Origin: the human T2T-CHM13v2.0 reference genome, Homo sapiens | NCBI RefSeq assembly: GCF_009914755.1 | Contig: NC_060927.1 | Direction: 5' to 3' (one strand) | Length of the DNA stretch: 64,000 nucleotides | Shown here: positions 53,556-64,000 of the stretch, piece after piece | How the letters are laid out: each line of letters opens with the position of its first letter | How positions within the stretch are numbered: the first letter of the stretch is position 1 | The notes under the pieces: generated by a model | The model's input: the letters and a program-made list of their open reading frames with translations, nothing else | Database searches by the model: none | What the model was told of the DNA's origin: nothing | Made by a program: the position numbers and the translations under genes

Positions 53556-55237
53556 AAAAAATAGCACTTTATACTCTAAAATTATAAAGTCCAATATATT
53601 TAAATATTAATGTAAAACAAAAAGAGATAAAACTCAAACTTATAATTAAAATAGGCTGCCTTATATGTAACTAGAACAAGGAAAAATTTCCATTATAATA
53701 ATTCAATTTCATGGGTTTATTGTTCTAAATTATAATGCTATCAACTGATTAAATTCCTGAAGACATTTATTGCATTATAAGTATGAGGTGAAAAAATGAT
53801 CTTTGAAAATGTACTGATACTATTTCAAAAATGGAAAGATTATCTCAGGATAAGCATTATAGTTATTCCTCAATAGTATTATTCTTGAAACTGAACATAT
53901 ATGAATGTTTTTAGACAAGACAGCATTTTATAATCAGTAATTACAGCAACATTAAACTCTATTACCGATAGTAACATGTTCACCTTACTTCACAAACAAG
54001 GTCAGCTATTATGTCATCAGAACAAATTACTATAGGCTCCATACATAAAAAATGTTTCACCATTAGGTGAGAAGATAGAATTTTATGTTTAGTATTCATT
54101 TTGGGCAAAATACTTCTATTATCTGAAAATGTGAGTTGTCATGAAGTAGGTAGTGAACCAGCTGAACTCAAGGTTTCATTTCTTTTTAATTTAGGGGGGA
54201 AGAAATATGAAAAGCTCAAAATGAAATTACTTCATCAGAATTCACATTTGATTTTCATCTTTTCAGCTACCCAGCTGCATTAATGCTCAACTGACTATAC
54301 TCCCAGCTGCATTATTCAAGGAAGTTATTCAAGAAGGAATACTTGCAATATGTGGTATACTGAGTAGTGAGCTAATTAAAAGAAACTCACAGCTGGATTT
54401 TTAGAAGGCTTTGATCTTGATTGTAAGGCGCTAAAAATGCTTGTTGGTTGGATTATGTTCCTCATACTCTAGATCTGTAGTCTTATCCTGTAAGAAAATG
54501 AGTAAGGACTCTTCATAAATGAATAAATGAGTGATTCCTTATATCTTTGATCTCTTCTTTCTGTTAGAGCCTAATAAACTACAGATAATATACAATTTCT
54601 TATATTTCAAAGAGGTCCTCCAGGAAGGTACTGTTGTTTGTGGTGAAGTAAAATTCCTACATTTAAAATGGTGTACTCCAAAAGCTGCTTTCCCTTCACT
54701 GAAGGCCTGTGAAATGCTGTAGTGTTTGCCTTGGATTAATTTTTTTCTCACCAAATTGCAGTACTTTGCCAAAGTGTAAGCTACATGAGAGCTAGTGGGG
54801 AGGAGGGCAAGATAATAGGGGGATATAAACAGGAAAATAACATAAAAGTGAATAGAATGGACTATATGAAAATAATATTTAACAGTAGAATGGAATAACT
54901 GAGTCTTAATGCAGCTTTGTCACTGACAGTTTAACTTGTGAATCTGCCTCTTGCATTGGGTACAATATTAATTTCTTCAACTGCAAATATAGAAACTATG
55001 CAAGCCAGTGCATTTTTATTCTGGAGGAAAGTTATTTTGTTGAAGGTAAAGAATATTTGCTCCTACTGGCTTAAGCAGAAATGGAGAATTTAATATAAGG
55101 GAAAATGGTGCACTTTAATTAAACCAAGAGCAGAAAGCACAGTTGGGACTTACATGAAAATCAAAATCTGCTAGGATAGTAGTCAAGTTTCTAGAGCTAC
55201 CTGGTTTCTTCTCTCAGTTCTACTGAGTCTGATTCCA

Positions 55238-55268
<31 letters not shown>

Positions 55269-55270
55269 TT
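55238..55270. repeat. (TA)n followed by poly(T)
   Basis: Directly visible. Confidence 0.9.
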
Positions 55271-56669
55271 ATTCTCTCTGACAATTTTCTTTCTCTGCTT
55301 CTCTGGTTAAGCCATTCCCAAAGTAGAATTGAAGTATCCTTGATAGAAATCCCAGCTTCATAGACAGAATCACAGACTAATGAAGTGTGAATCAGAATCT
55401 GTCCCTTTTGAATTAACTGACACTGGAGATGGGGTTATATGGCTCACTGTGTGTGCAGCAGGAACCCTGAGTGTAGATACACAGAGAAAGACAGAAAGAG
55501 AACAAAATATGATTGAACATGTCTACCTCACTCAGGAAGAGATTATTATGAAATTTTGAAGAAGGAAACGAATTTTTTTCTTGATGTATGCAATTGTAAA
55601 CATTCACTCTAAACATGAACATGTATGCATATGTAGACTTCAAAAGTATTATGAAAGCAGACATGCTTGAAGAAAGAATATGTAAATTTTTGTGGCCTAA
55701 AATCTTTGCCACTCTTAGGACTAATTTAAAACACTCTGTATGAATAGTATTATCAATTTCACTTAACAGTTATCAATCAATTAGTCTTATTTCTGAATTT
55801 CCACATAGCAAATTTTCTTCTTTTAGTCTTTACACTATAGCCATATGGCTATAAGGAATCAAAACGCACATATGCACCCCAACTCTGATTCAAATTTACA
55901 ATTCCTTCTGCTATTCTGCAGGGTCTAATATTCACTAATAATATCTATGTGTATAATAATCATTCTGCTCAATTAAAATAATCTAACTGAGCTAATATTT
56001 TGTCTCTCACAGAAGCAATAAAGATTTCTTTGGGAAGGGAATTATCATTTTCTTCCAAATTATTCTTAAAAAATCTTTGAATGTAATTATGTAACCTAAA
56101 TATCCATAATTTCCTCAGTGCATTATTTATGATATACGTAAATTCTTCTTGAGCCTATTTAGAAATTCATCCTGAACTCCTTCTGAATGATATCTAGGAT
56201 TACTGAATACCATCATTTAAAATAATTTTCCACATTTAATCCTAAGGCCAAAGTCTTTATATTAGAACTCTGCAATTTGGAGTTGCTTTTATATCCATTG
56301 TAACCCTATTTTTAAGATTTTTATTTTTTGTGAAAGCATGAAATAATTATGGCTCCATCTAATTTGGGCCAACCTTTTTTGACATATGACTACAGCTTGA
56401 ACCCCATCTAATTTTAAGTGTAGAAAAACAACTATCGGGCCTAATAAATCTGAGTAAATTGTTTCTTGCATAAAGGCACTAACTAGAATTATTTTATTGC
56501 CTATGCTAACATGAAATTTGAACATTATTGAGGAAATAAAAGCATATTTTATTTCTCTAATTTTAAAGACTAATACTTGAGGCTGAAATATTTACCGTAT
56601 TCATAGCTAACATGCAGAATGTTATAGCTGCATACATTAACTTTTTATTCTGTTGGCAACCACAGATGT

Positions 56670-56790
56670 ATTGATATTTTCTGATTTTAGAGATGCAGAA
56701 ACTGAGGTACAAAAAGACTTAAGATATTTCTCTATACACGGCTAACAAGTGGTAGAACTGAACACAGGGTGTCTGGATATCCTGCTCCTT
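56670..56790 (-). mobile_element. MIR fragment
   Basis: attttagagatgcagaaactgaggtaca...acacggctaacaagtggtagaactg. Confidence 0.7.
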
Positions 56791-57574
56791 CAGATGATCT
56801 TCAAGAGTTTTCCTGCTGGTACTGTAATATGTATGATCTACTGGCTGGAACCTCCTATTACCTACCTGAGTGTCCTCTGCCTGCCAAGCCCTTGATTCTC
56901 CTTTTGTAAATTTCTGACAACTTGAGGTTTTTTTCTGTTGCCATTTTCTAAGGACCTTTGCTTGACTCTTTACTAATGTACCTCCTGCCCAGGCTACTTT
57001 TCCTCAAACTGAAGGTTTTTTCTGGCTTTGTATGAGCTGTATTTTCCAAGCTGAACTAATAACTCAAACAAAACATCAAAATCAAGAATTTACAGACTAT
57101 TAACCAAAAAGAGGGTGACATAGTTATCATTCAGGTGACCTCTCAAGTATCTTTGAGGTCACAAATGAAGAATTTGTTTTTAACATGTATCGTTATCTTT
57201 CTGTGTAGACACTGCAAATTTCAGAGGGAAGAAAATCTAAAGCTAAAGAGAGAGTTAGTACTTGGGTCATAGTATCATGACTTATAATGGAACTAGCAGG
57301 AATGGGTCTAATTATTGGGACAGAATCAGCCATATCATTAAAACTGAGATTGGTTCTCTGCCTTTAGACTATGTAGTGCAATTAGACTAACAACTTCAAG
57401 TCTTACCATCTAACTTATCACATAAACTTAACTATTACAATTTTGTTTACAATATTAACCATTTTTCTAGCTAACCAAAGAAATCAAATTTATCTAACTA
57501 GTTGATCAGTCAGCTTTCTACAAGTGGCATCTTACAAACAATAAGAAAACCTGTCTATATCTAAATTGACTCCT

Positions 57575-57823
57575 CTATGTTCTAAAAAAGGGGAGGCATG
57601 AATAATCCACCCCTTGTTTAGCATGTCATCAAGAAATAACCACAAAAATGGGCAACCAGCAGGCGTCAGGACTGTTCTGTCTATAGAGTAGCCATTCTTT
57701 TATTCCTTTACTTTCTTAATAAACTTTATTAAGCTTTCACTTTATGGACTCACACTGAATTCTTTCTTGCATGAGAACCAAGAACACTCTCTTGGGGTCT
57801 GGATCGAACCTCTTTCCTGTAAC
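57575..57823 (+). mobile_element. MER41 LTR 3' half
   Basis: aaaaaggggaggcatgaataatccacccc...gagtagccattcttttattcc...ttggggtctggatcg...tgtaaca. Confidence 0.88.
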
Positions 57824-57879
57824 ATAACCACCCTCCACCCTGACTTTCCTTTTAGTATTCTTTAACCCAGTTCATCATG

Positions 57880-58220
57880 TATTTTCAATTACCTTTCATG
57901 GTCCACTGCTTTGAACTTAGGTATGGCTATGTGGCTTACTTTGGTCAATGTAAGGAGAAGTGACATGTCTTCGCCAGTAGAAACTTTAAGAGCTAGTGTT
58001 CAATATGCCCCATACTCTTTCCACCTGTCAGGAGATCAACAATTTTCCAGAGAGCTGCTTTAGCATCCTAAGTACTAGAGTGAGGAGGACATGAAGCAGA
58101 ATGCCCAGATGACCCATGATGTATATGTAGCATGAGCAAAATAGAAACCTTTGTTATTTTAATTTACTAAGATTTGGGAGGGGACTATTTGTAACCACAG
58201 CCTAGTCTAGTCTACTCCAT
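57880..58220 (+). mobile_element. MLT1J-like MaLR LTR
   Basis: tttggtcaatg...agaagtgaca...ctttaagagc...tgtagcatgagcaaaatagaaacctttgtt...actaagatttggg. Confidence 0.75.
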
Positions 58221-58225
58221 GTTAT

Positions 58226-58970
58226 TGAAACTGCCTTTGCAAAAATTATAACAATGAGAAAATTATGGCAGTGAAGGAGATCTGATCTGGCTAGCCCTCA
58301 TCTTGCCATTGGCCTTCAAACTGCCCTTAATTATTCCTAGGCTTGGGCCAAGCTAATTTTTGGATATATTTACTTTATAGTTTAAACAATAATGAACCTT
58401 TCTCAGAACTCAACCCCCTGTGTAAAGCTAATGAGAGAACACCAGGCTAGGAGACTAGAGGAGACTAAATTCTGCTAAGGTGGAGACATAAATGATTGCC
58501 AGCCATTATTCCAGAGGTCATGATAGGCAACTTTCCCAATTGCTTCTGCAGACAACATCACTTTTGTGGACTGAGGATTGGCCTTTTGAGATATCTTTTC
58601 ACAGTTTTTGCATGTCTGACAACTAACGGCTTTACCCGGATCCACCAACCGATGGCTCCACCTAGACCTACCAACTGCTCTTGTGGTTCCACTCAGAAGC
58701 AATTCAGTGCAAGAGGACAGCTTCGACTCCCTATGATTTCATCTCCAACCTAACCAATCAGCACTCCCCATACCCTAGCCCCTGCAGTCCAAACTGTCTT
58801 TGAAAAACCCCTGACATCTGAGCCTTCAAGGAAGCTAATTTGAGTAATAATTCCATCTCCCACATTGCATGGCTGGCCTCTGACAATTAAACTCATTGCT
58901 GAAATGCCATGATCTCTGTGAATTGATTTTGTTTGGGCAGTGAGCAGGAAGAATCAGCTGAACAGTTACA
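58226..58970 (+). mobile_element. LTR8A-like solo LTR (ERV1)
   Basis: tgaaactgcctttgcaaaaattat...cagttaca; 4-bp TSD TTAT. Confidence 0.9.
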
Positions 58971-59297
58971 TTATGAGTACCAGTTTACTCATATTTCCTC
59001 AAAGTAAATACATACTGAACATTGAAAATAGTTACACAGCTTCATACAGAGAGATGATCAGATTTCAAGGACATGAAGAGACAGGGAATGGGAGAAGTTT
59101 TGTCCCAGAGCCTACTGATCTCCCTTTACTACACCACAGAAGGAGCAAATCCTCGCTAGCTTTGCCTATAGGTAAGGGTTGTCAGAAAGATTCTGTCTTC
59201 TTCAAAACATCCTACTCTGGTACTCCACCCATTCCTTTTATGCTAGGATGAGTGTCTTCACCTAAATACATAATGAAGTTCAAGTTTATGGTGACCC

Positions 59298-59850
59298 TCT
59301 GGCAAATAGACCCCAAAGTGACCCAAATGATTCACATTTCTTAGTTGCATCTTTTTGTATTCCCTCCCTGTTGAGTGAGGGTGTGGTGAGTGGTTGGGCA
59401 GGGTTATTACTGTCTTATAACATACAGCATATAACAAAGGAGATAAGATGTCACTCCCTCAACATTATATTATGTGATATAAGCAGACTGGAGTAGACAT
59501 TCCTTGCAAGCTTGAAGTTTGCAGCTACTTGAAGGAACTGTAGGCTGACTCTAGATCCTGAAGATCCATCTGACAGCCAGGTAGAAGCTGGGTTCTCAGT
59601 CACATAACTGCAAGTAAATAAATTCTTCCAATATCTTGTATGATCTTGGAAGTGGATTCTTCTCTAGTTACGTCTCCAAAAGTGAACACAGTTTTGCCAA
59701 CATCATAATGTCAGCCTTGAGAGACCATAAATGGAAGACATGGTTAAATGGTACTTGGATGTTTAACCCATGGGAAATGTGAGATAATAAATGTGCGCTG
59801 TTATAAACTACTAAGATTACGGTAATTCGTCATGCAGAAAAGAATGCAAG
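59298..59850 (+). mobile_element. MLT1E/F-like MaLR LTR
   Basis: aaggaactgtagg...ttggaagtggattcttc...cagccttgagagacc...gtgagataataaatgtg. Confidence 0.78.
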
Positions 59851-59990
59851 ACCGTTCTTGATTCTATAGTATGTTGTTTATTACTTATCTGACCAGTTTT
59901 TTGCTTCTTTAATACAAAAGAGTAAATTCTTTTCACTGGGCTGTTATAATCTGCTGGAAGTGGAGGCAGATGGGTGTACATGTGCGATAT

Positions 59991-61387
59991 TGTGAAATAC
60001 ATATTTGATCTTTGTCCCTGTTTCCTAGCATCCAACTCAGAAAATCCTTGGAATCTTCAAAGTGATATTGAAACCACCTTTGCAAAATTATGACTGAGAC
60101 AGTGAAAGAGATTTAAACTAACCAACTCCATATTGGCTCTAACATTTAAGCTGTCCTTGTTCCTTCTTGGGTGTAGGCTGGACTAATTTTGGGAGAAAGT
60201 TAGTTTATAGTTTAAAACAAAGACGATAAGAAGCCTTTCCCAAAACCAACTTCCTTCTTGCCTAGGGACTCGACTACCTTTGTAGGACTAAGAAATTAGC
60301 TACAAGATTAGAAATTATGGTTTAGAGTCATGCAGCTGGAGGCAACATGATTCTGACTCTCCCTAAACTACTCCTAAAATCAGTGCTTCAGATATTTTGC
60401 AGAGCCTGCACTTGATGGATCAGCTGGCACCACCCAGATCAATAAACTGGCTCATCTGGTCTTGTGGCCCCCACCCAGAAACTGACTCAGTACATAAGGA
60501 CAGCTTCAACTTCCCATGATTTCATCTCCTACCTAACCAGTCAACACTCCTGGCTCACTGGCTTTTCCCGACCCAAAAAGTTGTTCTTAAAAACTCTGAT
60601 CCCCGAATGCTCCGGAAGACTGATTTGAGTAATAATAAAACTCCAGTCTTCCGCACAGCCAGGTCTTCATGAATTACTCTTTATTGCAATTCCCCTGTGT
60701 TTTGATAAATCGGATCTGTCTAGGTAGCAGGCAAGGTTAATCCTTTGGGAGGTTACAATATCTTTTTGTATGCTAACGAGTTGACTGGTGACTGGAAGTC
60801 CCCAGGTAGCTTCAGGATGGGGGCTCATCACTAGCAAGAGTAAGGTAGTCAGGATTAGAGGGTTGGAACTTTTAGCTAGCCTTACCGCCCTTAACTTCCA
60901 TGGAGGGAAGATGACCTTAAGGTTGAATTGGCTACCAAGGCAGTAATTAATCATGTCTATGTAATGCACCTTCCATATAAACCCAAAAGGATCAGGTTTG
61001 CATAGCTTCTGGATAACTGAACATGTGGAGGTTTTTTGACAGTGGTGCACCTGTGGCATGGAAGCTATTCACCCCTTCCCACGTATCTCACCCTATGCAT
61101 CTTTTAACCTGTATCCTTTGTAATATTATTTATAATACACTGATAAATGAAAATCAAGTGTTTTCCTGAGTTATATAAGCTCCTCTAGCAAATTATTTGA
61201 ACCTGAGGAGGCAGCTGTGGGAGCCCCAGCTTATAATCAGTTGGTAGGAAATACAGGTAAAGTAAAACAACCTGGGTTTTTTTATTGGCATCAGAAGTGG
61301 GAAGAAGCCTTGTGGAAATGAGTCCTCAATGTCTAGTATCTGATGCTATCTTCAGGTAGAGAGTGTCAGAATTGAATTGAATTAGAG
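59991..61387 (+). mobile_element. MER21-family LTR interrupted by LTR8
   Basis: tatttgatctttgtccctgtttcct...aatccttggaatc[LTR8]tttgtatgctaacgag...gtgtcagaattgaattgaatt. Confidence 0.85.
60069..60757 (+). mobile_element. LTR8 solo LTR nested in MER21
   Basis: tgaaaccacctttgcaaaattatgactgagacagtgaaagag...ggttaca; 4-bp TSD ATAT. Confidence 0.92.
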
Positions 61388-61391
61388 TATG

Positions 61392-61854
61392 CACATTTAT
61401 TTGACATGTATACAAGGGAGTCTTCAAAATGAAGACCCAACCTCCCAGTGAGGTACAGAAATGATATACCATCTTTTAAGAATGCTGGCTCAGAGCACAG
61501 CCCAAAAGATACTATGTTGGTAAATCAAGTTTCAGCAGAGAGACAGGTATAGGAGGAAGAAAGGAAGGGGCCTGGCTAGCAAAGGTAGCCTTGTTATGTA
61601 GATAAAGCCTCATAGGTGTTAGTCCTCAGAGAGAATAGACAGTAAATGTTTCTTTTCAGATCTTTAAAGGTGTCAGAGTCCCAGTTAAAGTCTCCTAGAT
61701 CTGAGAAAGGCCTAGAAAAAGAAGGCTTGGCTGATTTAATGTAGATTCTCTACAGAGGCAAATTTTCCCCACCTCATTCAGCTGGCCCTGTGATAGCTAT
61801 TTCAAAATATGTCAAAGAAATATATTTTGGGGTAAAATATTTTTATTTCCTTTA
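61392..61854 (-). mobile_element. MER34-group LTR
   Basis: Minus-strand start aaggaaataaaaatattttaccccaaaatatatttctttgacatattttg. Confidence 0.82.
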
Positions 61855-62000
61855 GTGATAGCACTGATTATGCAGTGGGAAAATATTTTATGTTTAAAAA
61901 CACTGATGAAGAATATGACAAAAGAATGATGCATGAGCATCAGCAGGTAGTCCAATTCACAGCTCAACAGGTACCTTTTGATTGACTATAAGATGCCAGA

Positions 62001-62316
62001 GGCTGGGTGTGGTGGCTCACGCCTGCAATCCCAGCTCTTTGGGAGGCCGAGGCGGGTGGATCGCGAGGTCAGGAGATCGAGACCATCCTGGCTAACACGG
62101 TGAAACCCCGTCTCTACTAAAAAGTACAAAAAAATTAGCCGGGCGTGGTGGCGGGCTCCTGTATTCCCAGCTACTCCAGGAGGCTGAGGCAGAAGAATGG
62201 CCTGAACCCGGGAGGCAGAGCTTGCAGTGAGCCAAGACTGCACCACTGCACTCCAGCTTGGAGGACAGCTCAAGATTCCGTCTCAAAAAACAAACAAAAA
62301 CAAACAAACAAACAAA
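62001..62316 (+). mobile_element. Alu (Y/Sc-like) with (CAAA)n tail
   Basis: gagatcgagaccatcctggctaacacgg; TSD aagat(g/a)ccaga. Confidence 0.97.
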
Positions 62317-62499
62317 AAGATACCAGATACTGAATTATTTTATCATTGGTGGTAACCAAAGCAGAAGCAGAAATATAATAAGAGATAGGTAAGGTTCCTG
62401 TCTAGTACTTTGTTTCTGTGCATTTTAATAAAATAAAATATATTTATATACTTATACATGTGCTAATAGTGACCAAAAACCCATACTTTTAATTCTATC

Positions 62500-62676
62500 C
62501 AGTGGTTCTCATCCTTGCGGAATATTAGAATTTCCTAGGGAGCTTTTAAAAACTGCCATTCCAGGGATGCCATCCAGGCTGATTCAATCAGAATCTCTGG
62601 GACTGAGTCCTCAGCAATGATACCTGTCAAGTCTCCCCGGGGAGTGATAACGGGCAGTCAGGTTTGAGAAACTCTG
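62500..62676. mobile_element. MER5A/B DNA transposon
   Basis: TIR-like cagtggttctca ... tttgagaaactctg; internal aatcagaatctctggg. Confidence 0.85.
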
Positions 62677-62835
62677 CTTTAAACTCTTGACAGAGACTGC
62701 TAAAGGGAGTCTTACTTTATACATTTCGTAGTATAGATTTTGGTAATACATACTAAATGTTTACTAATTTTCCTAAATATGTATACTTCCTAATGAAAAC
62801 TCAATGCTATGAATTTTAAGATTTCAAGGACTTTC

Positions 62836-63268
<433 letters not shown>

Positions 63269-63667
63269 TTATCTGCTATTTTAGATTGATTTTTTCTTGT
63301 CTATAAGGCAATGATGCATCAACAAATAAAATTATTATAATTAAATAAAAGCAGTTAATGTGCATTAGGTCCTAGGATCTTTTCTGAACTGTCATTCCTC
63401 CACACCACTAAATGCATAAAATTAAACATATTGAATAAAATAATCCTTCCACCTGCTAAAATTTATTAGAACTACTATATATTTTATGAAATACGTTTTG
63501 CATATAAACATTTTATTTACTTTTATCGTTATGAAATAAATACTGTACATAAAATTCGGTATAAAGAATTCTACTGTATCTTTAACCAAGTAATAGAAAA
63601 TGTCTGAGGAACCCAGTATGTGCATAATTCAAGTGGAAATAAAAGAAACAAAGCAATTGTGAGCTGA

Positions 63668-63992
<325 letters not shown>

Positions 63993-64000
63993 AAGCATCA

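Noticed and set aside
54601-54636. 15-nt microexon-like string (aaag|aggtcctccaggaag|gtactg)
   Set aside because: Weak acceptor and donor with no host gene context.
60667-61059. 130-aa minus ORF
   Set aside because: Spans the MER21/LTR8 junction, non-ATG start, no domain similarity.

Overview
AT-rich, repeat-dense catarrhine primate (probably human or ape) intergenic or deep-intronic DNA. I find no supportable host protein-coding exon, RNA gene or CpG-island promoter; nearly all listed ORFs are Alu, L1, LTR or low-complexity artefacts. The main element is a 5.5-kb internally deleted ERV9/HERV9 provirus (11015-16528, TTAC TSD). Its truncated 5' LTR12 is fused to the end of gag, followed by decayed pro-RT-RNaseH, no integrase, an env TM remnant and an intact-looking NF-Y-repeat 3' LTR12. 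Also present: a full-length decayed Tigger1 split by an MST LTR, an ERVL (HERV16-like) integrase relic, a nested LTR cluster at 57.6-61.9 kb, about 15 Alus, and L1, L2, MIR, CR1 and MER5 fragments. I see no convincing new biological system. The most interesting signals are fossil DNA-repair and retrotransposition events: a ~57-bp templated insertion inside a (TA)n tract copied from 1.27 kb away, a 34-bp microinversion in ERV9 gag, several fold-back insertions, a chimeric MLT2A-polyA-L1 insertion and a twin-primed L1. Repeat family names come from recalled consensus sequences, not a database search, and old-repeat boundaries are approximate.
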